Shown here: in pieces, positions 46,703 to 55,699 of the stretch
Numbering within the stretch: position 1 is the stretch's first letter
Layout: each line of letters opens with the position of its first letter
IMG/VR virus record: IMGVR_UViG_3300034117_002447
Span: 62,001 to 126,000 of that record
DNA: 64,000 nucleotides
Reading direction: 5' to 3' (one strand)
Made by a program: the position numbers and the translations under genes
Notes under the pieces: model-generated
Database searches by the model: none
What the model was told of the DNA's origin: nothing
What the model saw: the letters and a program-made list of their open reading frames with translations, nothing else

Positions 46703-47548
46703 TTATGCAGATTTAACAATGTTAGATAGAGTTATTGCTCGATTACCGACCTGTTTTGCCCATGAAGAATTTAACATCTCTTTGGATGCAGCCTTGAAAT
46801 TCTTTGAAGCTATGTGAAGTAGAAACGTGTTAAACTCAGATAGGCCTTTAGCTCCTAAATTAAATACCATTTCAATTAAGACTCCTTGTACTGATTGTGG
46901 CAAGCTTGGCCAAACTTTAGCTATGCTGACTTTCCCATTATCTGATACTAAAGTTTTAGCTAAAGACTTTGCGGCTTGAAGATCAGTATGCAGAAGAGCT
47001 TTAATCTGCTGATCGGTTAATGCAGACTGGCCTGACTTTATCTTTATTGGATTTGCACCAACTGACCTAAGCATTGACGTTGAGTCAGAGCGGTTTAGAT
47101 TGAATCCTACACCGACTGTTGGATTTCCTTTAGAGTCTATGTACTTCTTTGGTTTGTAGCCTTCATGTTGGATTACCCTAGGCTCAATAACCTTTAATAC
47201 TGTATCTTCAGGTGGAGGAGGAGCAACGAAAGATCCTAAGTACTTCTCAGCTCTAATATTCTTTATGTGAGTGTTGATTTGATCCAAGTAATCTTGATCA
47301 AAGGATCCAAGTTCTCCGGTAATTGCATCGCCAACACTTGCGTAATCCCAGCTCTTTGTATCGAACCCGGTTTTAAGTGCTTTGTTTACACGAACCATGG
47401 ATGCAGCATCGGGAATAGACTTGATTGCTGATACTAAATCACCCTCTGCAGTTCCTGAACCAGCAACGGCTATTTGAATTTTATCAGCGATTTGATCAGC
47501 AGTAAGGGATTCGTTGACCCAACTTTCAAATATCTTAAGATGCTTCAT
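46703..47548 (-). CDS. T4-type (GH24) lysozyme with capsid-targeting-like N-terminus
   Basis: HEG...YIDSKGNPTVGVG, EMVFNLG, EMLNSSWAKQVGNRA; MKHLKIFESWVNE. Confidence 0.85.
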   Translation of the reverse strand: MKHLKIFESWVNESLTADQIADKIQIAVAGSGTAEGDLVSAIKSIPDAASMVRVNKALKTGFDTKSWDYASVGDAITGELGSFDQDYLDQINTHIKNIRAEKYLGSFVAPPPPEDTVLKVIEPRVIQHEGYKPKKYIDSKGNPTVGVGFNLNRSDSTSMLRSVGANPIKIKSGQSALTDQQIKALLHTDLQAAKSLAKTLVSDNGKVSIAKVWPSLPQSVQGVLIEMVFNLGAKGLSEFNTFLLHIASKNFKAASKEMLNSSWAKQVGNRAITLSNIVKSA

Positions 47549-47551
47549 TAC

Positions 47552-48910
47552 TTATTTAAGTAAGTTACTTAACCTTTCAACTTCAGCGAAGTCTCTATTA
47601 TCTAGAGCTGCATCAATCATGTTCTGAATATCAACTTGATCAAGTTCTCTATCGTTGGCTGGCATAGTAAAGTCAGGCTCATCGTAGCTAGAATCAGATT
47701 GAGAGTCTTCCCAATCAGCAAGTTCCTGTTTAATTAGACGGATCAAGTTATTTACTATGGCTTTGGCTTTAGGAAAAGATTCTTTAGCAGCAGCGATTTC
47801 AGACTCTGTGTATTGAGGTTCCTGTTCGCCAACTGTTCTGTATAACGGAGCTGCTGTGAATATTAATTTCATTAGGTCCAAGAAGTCAGAATCAGATACG
47901 ACTGTTGAGTCAATCATTTTACCCCATACGTATTCTCTACCGTTTTCAATATCAAATACTTCTTCGAAAGATTGGATAAAATCTCTAAGATCAGCTGCAG
48001 TTAATTTAGCACGTTTAAGATCCTGTACTTCGTCAGCGGCAGTATCAGTATTCATGAACACTTTTCGGATAGTCTCATCGTCTAGATTAGCAAGACCTCC
48101 TTGATTAATCAGTCCCCAAATTGCTTTAATAGATTCATGGAATAACATTGCTTGGTCCATTCCTCTAATAACTAAGGTAGGAACAGTCGTTTCGTCAACT
48201 GTCTCTTCTTCAGACTCTCCGTCTTCTTGACCTTGATCATCATCGTTATCCTTTTTAGATTTAGGTTTCCATTCAATTTTTGAAATACCGGCAAGGGAAT
48301 CTCCTTGCTCAATCATTTTTGCTCCAACCTCTTCAGGTATTCTCCAGTCTCTAGCATTACAAATATCAGTAATCGTAACTAGCAGCTCTACCATTTTACG
48401 GGCATTAGCCTCTCCAAATAATTGAGTTAGACCTTCCATGTTCTCATCGCCCATTAACATCTTCTTTGAATTAATGGCTTCGCCTTGAGCGATCATGTTT
48501 AGGATCTTACGTTTATTGATTGCTGTTTTAGTATCCTCATCCTCAATCTCTTTGAAATTGGGTTTGTCCTGATCTTCTTGATCGTCGTCATCAGTCTCCT
48601 TCATCTTCGCTTTCATTTCACGAGGATCGTTTGGAATCTTAATGTCTAACTCAGTTTCTCCAAGAATTGAACCGTACTGGCTTAGGATTACTGAAGTAGT
48701 TAACTCTTCAAGCTGGCGTTCTTTACCGCGTTGTAACATCTGTACTTCACGGACAGCTCTCATTAGGCTACCCATATCTCGACCGTGTCTCTGTTCAACT
48801 TCACGAGCGCTCTGTTCTGCTCGTTTATCAAGAGATCCTAAGTATTCTGGAGTTATTGCTGGGTTCTGACGAATGTCAGCTTCATTTAAGAATGTTTTAA
48901 AGCTCTTCAT
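47552..48910 (-). CDS. Acidic protein with capsid-targeting-like N-terminus
   Basis: MKSFKTFLNE; C-terminal UVR-like IDAALDNRDFAEVERL. Confidence 0.7.
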   Translation of the reverse strand: MKSFKTFLNEADIRQNPAITPEYLGSLDKRAEQSAREVEQRHGRDMGSLMRAVREVQMLQRGKERQLEELTTSVILSQYGSILGETELDIKIPNDPREMKAKMKETDDDDQEDQDKPNFKEIEDEDTKTAINKRKILNMIAQGEAINSKKMLMGDENMEGLTQLFGEANARKMVELLVTITDICNARDWRIPEEVGAKMIEQGDSLAGISKIEWKPKSKKDNDDDQGQEDGESEEETVDETTVPTLVIRGMDQAMLFHESIKAIWGLINQGGLANLDDETIRKVFMNTDTAADEVQDLKRAKLTAADLRDFIQSFEEVFDIENGREYVWGKMIDSTVVSDSDFLDLMKLIFTAAPLYRTVGEQEPQYTESEIAAAKESFPKAKAIVNNLIRLIKQELADWEDSQSDSSYDEPDFTMPANDRELDQVDIQNMIDAALDNRDFAEVERLSNLLK

Positions 48911-49121
48911 TTGATTCTAGACTTTTTAGGCGAGCAATTACATCCTCAGCTTGAGCCTTAGCTGGCTCAGGTTGTTTAAACGGTTGTTTGCTAGGAATTG
49001 GACTAGGTTTGGGTCTAGTTGCAGGTCGAGTGCTAGGCTCTTTAACTGGCGCAGGTTTAACAATCGGCTCAGTCATTGTGAATTCTGCTATAAATTGTTC
49101 GAATAATTTAATATGTTGCAT
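48897..49121 (-). CDS. Pro-rich protein with capsid-targeting-like N-terminus
   Basis: MQHIKLFEQFIAE. Confidence 0.7.
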   Translation of the reverse strand: MQHIKLFEQFIAEFTMTEPIVKPAPVKEPSTRPATRPKPSPIPSKQPFKQPEPAKAQAEDVIARLKSLESNEEL

Positions 49122-49244
49122 TAAAGATTAATTCTTTTGGTTATTTATCCGTGGGCTATCCGAACTTGATAGCAATCCAAGCGATAAAGACGAACCATCC
49201 TGCAACAAGCAAGAATCCGAGCCAATCATTTGATTTCCAATTTT

Positions 49245-49769
49245 TCATGTATTTGGGTTTATTCGTTTTTGTAAAAAATCCTTTGCCTTAAATAGCTGTG
49301 ATCTACTTGAGGCTTCTTGTATGTTAAGTTCCTTTGCAATTTCCCTATGGGAAAATCCGTCAATTACGTACATGTTAAAAACGGTACGATATCCAATCGG
49401 AAGAGTGCTAATCAGAGACATTAACTCTTCGGCTGATGCTGTTTCATAGTAAGTTGGATCTATACTGACTGCCTCCGCTGTTACTAAGTTACACTCATTA
49501 AACTCGTGCTTGTTCTGCTTGAGTTTAGTAAGCGCAGTATTCACGATGATTCGTCTCATCCACCCTTCAAAGGAACCTTCTCCTTTGAATTTCCCAAGAT
49601 TCTTGTATATTTTATAAAATCCTTCCATCAATACGTCTTCGGCTAACATAGGGTCTTTCATGTACCTCTTTGCGATAGTCATGAATTTACCAGCAAACTT
49701 ATCGAACAGGGTCTTTTGGTATTCTCTATTGTTTTCAATACAGCCTTGAATGAGTTGTTCGTATTCCAT
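49245..49769 (-). CDS. RNA polymerase sigma factor, ECF subfamily (Bacteroidota-like)
   Basis: AEDVLMEGF, GSFEGWMRRIIVN, LPIGYRTVFNMYVIDGFSHREIA; start moved to MEYEQ. Confidence 0.92.
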   Translation of the reverse strand: MEYEQLIQGCIENNREYQKTLFDKFAGKFMTIAKRYMKDPMLAEDVLMEGFYKIYKNLGKFKGEGSFEGWMRRIIVNTALTKLKQNKHEFNECNLVTAEAVSIDPTYYETASAEELMSLISTLPIGYRTVFNMYVIDGFSHREIAKELNIQEASSRSQLFKAKDFLQKRINPNT

Positions 49770-49833
49770 TATTCTACTATACCAACAAAGGCTTCCATGT
49801 GGAAGCCTTTGCTTTAATTTTATATAGTAGTAA

Positions 49834-50148
49834 TTAATTATCAAGCATTGTTACGAATTCAAACCAGCCTACGTCATCAACTCCATTGTCGTATACCCAT
49901 GATACTCGTTGGTCAAATTCAGTTTCATCCTCATCGTCTGAAAAATCTATCCATTTTTCAAGGATTTCAGTTGATTTTCTTTTAAGAAGAGCGATTGCTG
50001 CAGTTACTTCAGGATCTTGATACCACTCTGATACAGCTTCGTCGAATCTTTCGTCAGGTGAACCGTCTGGCTTGCTACGGAAGCCCATGGATTTTAATTC
50101 TTCTTGGTCGTTATCGAATTCTTCGAATAGGTTTACGTGCTGCTTCAT
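49834..50148 (-). CDS. Acidic protein with capsid-targeting-like N-terminus
   Basis: MKQHVNLFEEF; shares EELKSMGF with 18268..18819. Confidence 0.65.
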   Translation of the reverse strand: MKQHVNLFEEFDNDQEELKSMGFRSKPDGSPDERFDEAVSEWYQDPEVTAAIALLKRKSTEILEKWIDFSDDEDETEFDQRVSWVYDNGVDDVGWFEFVTMLDN

Positions 50149-50156
50149 AGAGTTAT

Positions 50157-50738
50157 TTATTTGCTAAAAGCTGCAACGATTTGACCTGATAAGATCTCGT
50201 CCTGCTCCTTCATTCGTCGCTTGTTTGAAGCAATTGCATCCTTTATCAAGGCTGGAACACCTGCACCTATTTTAATTACAACAGACTCCCATTCTCTAGG
50301 AATGTATTCACGGCCCTCTTTGTAGAATTGTCGAGCAAGATCGCCGGCTGGATTATCAGCTAACTGAATTACTTTTTTATCAAGCATATAACTTACGGAA
50401 AGGAACGGATAGTCTCGCATATCGATTTCCCATTGAATGGATACTCCATTTGACAAGCGAACCCAACCATTTGAATTGTCTGTACCTTCTTCAGCTTCAA
50501 CAACTTCGCTTACGCCAGCTTGGGTCTTTAACCAACCGGAATATGTCTCTGGCTCAGTAGGCTCTTCTGCTTTAGGTTCTTCCTGAGTATCGGGCTTCTC
50601 CTCTTCAGGTTCAGCCGGGTCTTCTTCAGTCTCAGCAGGTTTAGTCTCTTCAGGTTCTAGCTCAGGCGCAAATCTCTTACGATCAACGTTATCTTCTACG
50701 TCCTGAAACCAGTTCTCAAAAAGTTTAATATGCTTCAT
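50157..50738 (-). CDS. Acidic protein with capsid-targeting-like N-terminus
   Basis: MKHIKLFENW. Confidence 0.7.
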   Translation of the reverse strand: MKHIKLFENWFQDVEDNVDRKRFAPELEPEETKPAETEEDPAEPEEEKPDTQEEPKAEEPTEPETYSGWLKTQAGVSEVVEAEEGTDNSNGWVRLSNGVSIQWEIDMRDYPFLSVSYMLDKKVIQLADNPAGDLARQFYKEGREYIPREWESVVIKIGAGVPALIKDAIASNKRRMKEQDEILSGQIVAAFSK

Positions 50739-50860
50739 AGGATTATTTATCCTACGTACCAATCTAATACTCTGATCAAGATTTGAGAGAAGCCTATTCC
50801 TGCAAAGAAATAGATTAGGTTATTCAACCATTTTGGGTAATTTTCCATATCTAACATAAT

Positions 50861-51292
50861 TTAAAGTTTCTGATTTTTTGCTGCGGTCGTTGCTAAGTAA
50901 TCGCAACGCTCGTTTTCAGGATGGCCGTTATGACCCTTAACCCAACTGATAGTCAAGTCGAAGTTAGGAGCAACCATCAAGTATCTTCTCCAAAGATCCT
51001 CGTTCTTTTTACCTGCGAAATCAGGCTTCCTTGCCCAATTGTCAACCCAACCCTTAGAGATTGAGTCAACCACGTATTTAGAGTCTGACTCGATCTTGAC
51101 TGGATACTTTGTCTTGGGAATTGTTTCAAGAGCCTCAACCACGGCAGTGAGTTCCATTCGATTGTTTGTCGTGGCCGGTGTAGATCCAGATAATTCCATG
51201 GTCTTGCCTCGGAATTTCATGACTACGCCCCAACCGCCTGGGCCAGGATTTCCTAACGAACTACCGTCCGTCCATATTTGAAGTGTTTCCAT
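50861..51292 (-). CDS. rnhA: Ribonuclease HI
   Basis: TDGSSLGNPGPGGWG, TTNNRMEL, DSKYV, WVKGHNGHPENERCD. Confidence 0.96.
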   Translation of the reverse strand: METLQIWTDGSSLGNPGPGGWGVVMKFRGKTMELSGSTPATTNNRMELTAVVEALETIPKTKYPVKIESDSKYVVDSISKGWVDNWARKPDFAGKKNEDLWRRYLMVAPNFDLTISWVKGHNGHPENERCDYLATTAAKNQKL

Positions 51293-51410
51293 TATTGTAC
51301 AGCAATTAAGAGCTGAGCGATTGCCCATACGGATATAGTAACGCTAGCTAAAATAATAATAAGCTTTGCTATTGCCTGTCTACGATTCATACTCTACTTT
51401 TTAATTTTAG

Positions 51411-51512
51411 AAGTCAGGACAGGATTCGAACCTGTTACCGCTTTGCCATAAAGAGTCGGCCTTACCGCTACTCAACCTTGGGGAGGTGCTTCCAACCAAT
51501 GGACTCCTGACT
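51411..51512 (-). ncRNA. tRNA-like RNA (AGTCAGG family, copy 2)
   Basis: AGTCAGG...ACAGGTTCGAATCCTGTCCTGACT; D-like TCCA-TTGGT-TGGA; unrelated core. Confidence 0.7.
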
Positions 51513-51685
51513 AAAAATGTACGTTTTTGTATTACCCCCAGAACGTACAAACTGTGCCGACACACGATTCGGTGGGCGTAGTGCGCATTGACTAAAGAGT
51601 ACCGAAGTACTCTAACCTAACGGTCAAGAGGCTATCCCCGTCTTCGATCCTTACTCAGCGCTAAGCAGAGGGCTTGCTGTTAGGA
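51513..51685 (-). ncRNA. Candidate structured ncRNA under a GGAAAC-N16-GTATAAT promoter
   Basis: C(UUCG)G hairpin AGAGTAC-TTCG-GTACTCT, CCTAAC/GTTAGG and TGTACGTT/AACGTACA stems; promoter 51688-51716. Confidence 0.55.
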
Positions 51686-51784
51686 TTATTATACTAAAAA
51701 ATGGGCTACAGTTTCCTGAGGCCCATTAGCAATACGAATGAAATCGTAAAGGTTGCTGTTGATTTAATCGATCACAAACGCTTG

Positions 51785-52180
51785 TTAGTTCTGATAGTCT
51801 TGGTAAGATTTTTCTTCAACTAATTTAGAACCGGTTAACGCATTAATCTGTTTCTTTACCTCAGCTCTGTCATCGTTTGTGTAGTACACAGACCTTGCAA
51901 GTTCAATAAAATCAGACCCGAAACTTTCATCTCGTTCGCATTCTCTGATTTGATCTTCGATGTTCCATAGTGTTTTATTAATATTTAGTAAATCTAAATA
52001 AAGAACCCTAAGCTCTTCTGTTTCAAGAGTTGCATCATATATTTCTTCGGCGGCTGCTACCAGTATTACATATTCCTGTAACACGTTATTTCGTTTAACT
52101 GGGTCTAAGATATGCTCAAGCTTAATTTCTAGGATAGAAAGTTTATCTAAGATCTCGCCAGTAGATACTTCAATTTTCAT
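51785..52180 (-). CDS. DUF6165-like protein
   Basis: VSTGEILDKLSILEIK, LWNIEDQIR, LARSVYYTNDDR, VEEKSY. Confidence 0.75.
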   Translation of the reverse strand: MKIEVSTGEILDKLSILEIKLEHILDPVKRNNVLQEYVILVAAAEEIYDATLETEELRVLYLDLLNINKTLWNIEDQIRECERDESFGSDFIELARSVYYTNDDRAEVKKQINALTGSKLVEEKSYQDYQN

Positions 52181-52200
52181 TAGTTGTTAAATTATAAGGT

Positions 52201-52503
52201 TTATATGTTTCCAAGCCCAAGTTCCCAAGTAATCGAGCGCCATTCAAAGTCAGCAATTACTTCGTCTGCTGTGATATCGTTGTCTGAACAAAGTTCCTTT
52301 ACGTACTTGTACATTTCTTCGGGGGAATATTCTCTAGCAGATATTCGGCCTGAGTCTACCGCATAATCGTATTCGTCAAGGATCTCGTCCGAAACTTGTT
52401 GAGCAAATCGTCTAAGTTTAAGGTCGTCTGTGTCAAAGCCCAATGCAGATAATTCGTCTTCGTCTTCTCGGTTAATCTCTTCAAATAGTTTAATGTGCTT
52501 CAT
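52201..52503 (-). CDS. Acidic protein with capsid-targeting-like N-terminus
   Basis: MKHIKLFEE; ELSALGF. Confidence 0.65.
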   Translation of the reverse strand: MKHIKLFEEINREDEDELSALGFDTDDLKLRRFAQQVSDEILDEYDYAVDSGRISAREYSPEEMYKYVKELCSDNDITADEVIADFEWRSITWELGLGNI

Positions 52504-52516
52504 TGCTCTAGTTATA

Positions 52517-52969
52517 TTAGCTTCTAGATGGAAATACTCCTTCTACGCAAATAATGTAGTTTATACCTAGGTAAGGTTGGCGATTATTAATTGGTGCCCA
52601 TTCTTCTGAAGCAGTTACGCTTGTTACAACACTAGGAACTCCATCTCTACCAGTTTCTTTGATATCGAAATTTTTAGTTAAGGTATTAATGTTAACATGG
52701 TGTTGAGTTAGAACATTTGCTTCAGTTCCACCCTTTTCGCCAGTATTAACTGGAGTCAGCCCGTTACCTGAACCTGCACCAACTGCAACTCGACCTCTAA
52801 GGTCAGGCAAACAGAAGGTATTGACACCGTCTCCGCCGAAATTTGTTCCGATTACTGCATACAGAGCAGTGTAGTTTCTAATTGATAACGCTCGACCATC
52901 GCAGTACATCCAGCCGATTGGCTCGTATCCGCCTGCAAATAATTTAATCATTGCTAAAAATTCATCCAT
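52517..52969 (-). CDS. Phage tail-collar domain protein
   Basis: PIGWMYCDG, LYAVIGTNFGGDG, LPDLRGRV, QPYLGINYII. Confidence 0.85.
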   Translation of the reverse strand: MDEFLAMIKLFAGGYEPIGWMYCDGRALSIRNYTALYAVIGTNFGGDGVNTFCLPDLRGRVAVGAGSGNGLTPVNTGEKGGTEANVLTQHHVNINTLTKNFDIKETGRDGVPSVVTSVTASEEWAPINNRQPYLGINYIICVEGVFPSRS

Positions 52970-53011
52970 TGTAATTTAGTATTTTTTTACAGGATTATTT
53001 ATTAGCAAGAG

Positions 53012-53515
53012 TTACTGTTTTTCGATTGTCTTTTGAAGCTTGGTCTTTAGCTGCTTAAGTTTGATTAGGGTCTCTTTGCCATCCGGTACCTGGACTTGTA
53101 TAGGTTCAGGCTCTACTGAATAGGCCATCCTTGGCTCGTTTGGGTCCTGTGCGATTTCTTCGTGCATGATTCGTCTTTCATGCACCTTTTTAGAATTGAT
53201 ATTACGCTGAGTCTCATCAATCATTTGGTTAACGATACTCATGATCTCTTGCTGCTTTTGAATCAGGTTGGCCGTACACTCGGTCTGGCCGGAAATTAGA
53301 TTTGAGTTGAGCTGCTCGACCTGTGAGGTAAGAGCAATGATTTGTTTCTCCTGACTTGCGATTCTAATATTAAGTTCATCGCACGTGTTCGTGTGGCGGT
53401 CAATAGTGGAAGGTCCAAGCGTCACGATCACAATCGTAAACACCAGGATAAGTAGGGCAGTTATACGCTGCGCTGGAGTAAAGCTCTTTAATATTTCGGC
53501 AATGTACTTAAACAT
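53012..53515 (-). CDS. TM + coiled-coil protein
   Basis: N-terminal TM; ATAAATAA upstream. Confidence 0.6.
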   Translation of the reverse strand: MFKYIAEILKSFTPAQRITALLILVFTIVIVTLGPSTIDRHTNTCDELNIRIASQEKQIIALTSQVEQLNSNLISGQTECTANLIQKQQEIMSIVNQMIDETQRNINSKKVHERRIMHEEIAQDPNEPRMAYSVEPEPIQVQVPDGKETLIKLKQLKTKLQKTIEKQ

Positions 53516-53697
53516 GGAATTATTTATACAAGAGCTGGGCCTGCTACTTTCGCTTCTTAAAAATGTTGTGTTGATAGCTCAGGTCCCAGATAAATCGGGT
53601 TCTACAGGTCCATACCCACAACTTGACTCTCCACCAACGTTTGAGCTTGACTGGCCATGGATCGTTCTCCATTTCCTTAAGCAGTCTCTCTACTACT

Positions 53698-54153
53698 TTA
53701 CTTCTCATCTGACTCAGGTTTAGTAGTTATGTCAAAGGTTGCATAGATCTTTCGTGCCGCAATCTCGTGCCAGTCAGGAATGTTGCGTTCGTGTTTCTTC
53801 TGTTCCTCCTTGATTCGTTGAGTAATTGCCTTTATGATCTGTTCTTTATCAGCAGACTCTTCCGATCCCGGCCAGTCCGTGTACTTAAGACCCCATTGTA
53901 AATTGACCCACATCATTTCCTTCTCGGCCTGAGGCTTGCGCATTTTCAGGTGCTTACGCAGGTAGGCGACGCCCCATGCCTTCCATTCCTCTGCCTGTGC
54001 AAAGGTCATGGTCCATTCCTGGTACCAGGCATCCTTGCGGTCCTTGATCTCGTCATAGGTTACTGAATGACCGGCAATGGTAAACATCTGGTTAATTAAG
54101 TCAGCCACAGCATGCTGCAGCTTCTGTTCTCGGGTTAATCTTTTCTGTGTCAT
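53698..54153 (-). CDS. Hypothetical protein
   Basis: ORF in run. Confidence 0.6.
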   Translation of the reverse strand: MTQKRLTREQKLQHAVADLINQMFTIAGHSVTYDEIKDRKDAWYQEWTMTFAQAEEWKAWGVAYLRKHLKMRKPQAEKEMMWVNLQWGLKYTDWPGSEESADKEQIIKAITQRIKEEQKKHERNIPDWHEIAARKIYATFDITTKPESDEK

Positions 54154-54344
54154 AATTTTACTTCGTGTGACCTGCTTTTTTTATTATAAAATACGTTTGC
54201 TGTGTCTATAATTTTTACTGCGCTAACTAGAATTTTACACGGTTCGTCTAGGTACCAAATGTAGTTAGGATCCGTTTCTGAAATCATACCCACTTCGCAG
54301 TATTTAGGGTTGATTCCTTTTGGTTGAAAATATATCGGTGTCAT
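54150..54344 (-). CDS. Hypothetical protein
   Basis: Coupled ORF. Confidence 0.5.
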   Translation of the reverse strand: MTPIYFQPKGINPKYCEVGMISETDPNYIWYLDEPCKILVSAVKIIDTANVFYNKKSRSHEVKL

Positions 54345-54385
54345 AATTTATTGGGTTCTTTGGGGTCCTCTTCCTCCGGGCTCTA

Positions 54386-54736
54386 TCATTTCCAAAATAA
54401 TTGTATTAATAGGATTGTCATTGCGAGAGTCAGGCAGACCCAGGTCTTTGGGGTTACTGGCTCGCTAAAGATGGCCCAACTTAACCACGTAAACACAATA
54501 GCTCCTATCGAGAAGCCTATTAGTCTGGACGGCCACAACTGCCCGTTGAATGCGATCACCATGTTCTTTACTGAGTACATGAACAGCATCGAGACCGGAA
54601 TCCCCATGAGGACCGTTAACCAGTAATGATTCTTGAACCACTCAAACTTCAGCGAGCCTTGCAACTGAAAGAAGGTTAGGGACTGGGCAAGGAATCCAAA
54701 TATGATGCCAGTAAGTAGTGCGCTAATATTTACCAT
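54386..54736 (-). CDS. Four-TM membrane protein (DMT/SMR-like)
   Basis: Four hydrophobic helices, FSEP motif. Confidence 0.6.
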   Translation of the reverse strand: MVNISALLTGIIFGFLAQSLTFFQLQGSLKFEWFKNHYWLTVLMGIPVSMLFMYSVKNMVIAFNGQLWPSRLIGFSIGAIVFTWLSWAIFSEPVTPKTWVCLTLAMTILLIQLFWK

Positions 54737-54750
54737 AGTTTATTCTTTTA

Positions 54751-54954
54751 TTAATTATAGAGCCAGTAATTTGCCTGATAGCCAAGGCACAGTAGAAATA
54801 GGATCACGTCAATCCACTGAAAGACTGGAGGTAGCTTACGCCAGTACAGGGTATCGAGCAGTCCGCCAAGAGTAGTATCAAATAGCTTGGTACGGGTCAA
54901 GAGACTCAAGACTCCAAATACAAAGGTTGCTGAGAATAGGATTTGTTCTAACAT
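54751..54954 (-). CDS. Small membrane protein
   Basis: Two TM helices. Confidence 0.5.
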   Translation of the reverse strand: MLEQILFSATFVFGVLSLLTRTKLFDTTLGGLLDTLYWRKLPPVFQWIDVILFLLCLGYQANYWLYN

Positions 54955-54964
54955 GGTTTAAAGT

Positions 54965-55225
54965 TTATTCTTTTATTAATTCAAAAGCGTGCCACACGAA
55001 ATACTCGTCAAAGTAGGTCGTGATGTAGCGCATGGTGTCTTCAACATCCCAGCCGGTACCAACAATAAGGATATGGCGATCTTCCAATTCAGCACAGGCT
55101 GGATCGACCAGAGCCCAAAGGTTTAGGGTACCCCTCTGTAATTTTAGGGTTAGGAGCTTTGCACCTTTAGGTAATCTTACGGTACAGTCCATTGAAGGTA
55201 CCTCGTATTTATAGACAGTTTTCAT
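54965..55225 (-). CDS. Hypothetical phage protein
   Basis: MKTVYKY...LWALVDP...VGTG...VWHAFE pattern. Confidence 0.65.
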   Translation of the reverse strand: MKTVYKYEVPSMDCTVRLPKGAKLLTLKLQRGTLNLWALVDPACAELEDRHILIVGTGWDVEDTMRYITTYFDEYFVWHAFELIKE

Positions 55226-55359
55226 TGTTCCTGTTTTTAAAAGTTATATTTTTATGATGCACAATTATTATACTTTTATGTTTTTCTATTATACCTAAAA
55301 AAGACTTGTAAAACCCGGCCTTTGCAGGGTAGGGAAACTCCGTCTACCTGTTTTTTGCG

Positions 55360-55485
55360 TAGTCAGGACAGGATTCGAACCTGTATGATAACTTATGAGC
55401 AGTCTTAACGGGTCTTTCGAGGTTACTCACGTTATCCTTACTATTAACCTTTATTCATGCGTCTAACCAATTCCGCCACCTGACT
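55360..55485 (-). ncRNA. tRNA-like RNA (AGTCAGG family, copy 3)
   Basis: Leu-type D arm GCGGAATTGGTTAGACGC; long GATAAC/GTTATC hairpin core; identical 3' 24-mer. Confidence 0.75.
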
Positions 55486-55559
55486 AAATGAATGAGGTGC
55501 ATTAACCTATTGTGAATCCATAATGGAGTGCATCGGTAAATTGTGAACTCATTCTTTTG

Positions 55560-55650
55560 TAGTCAGGACAGGATTCGAACCTGTAAGTTTCCGATCGCAA
55601 CGATACCATATCCTATTTTTGGAGTCGAACCAACTTTAAGCCACCTGACT
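55560..55650 (-). ncRNA. tRNA-like RNA (AGTCAGG family, copy 4) with a second T-loop hairpin
   Basis: TTGG-TTCGACT-CCAA where the D arm should be; identical 3' 24-mer. Confidence 0.7.
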
Positions 55651-55699
55651 ATAGAGTCTATTATACCCAATGGGTCCAGGCCCGGGCCATGGGTACGTT

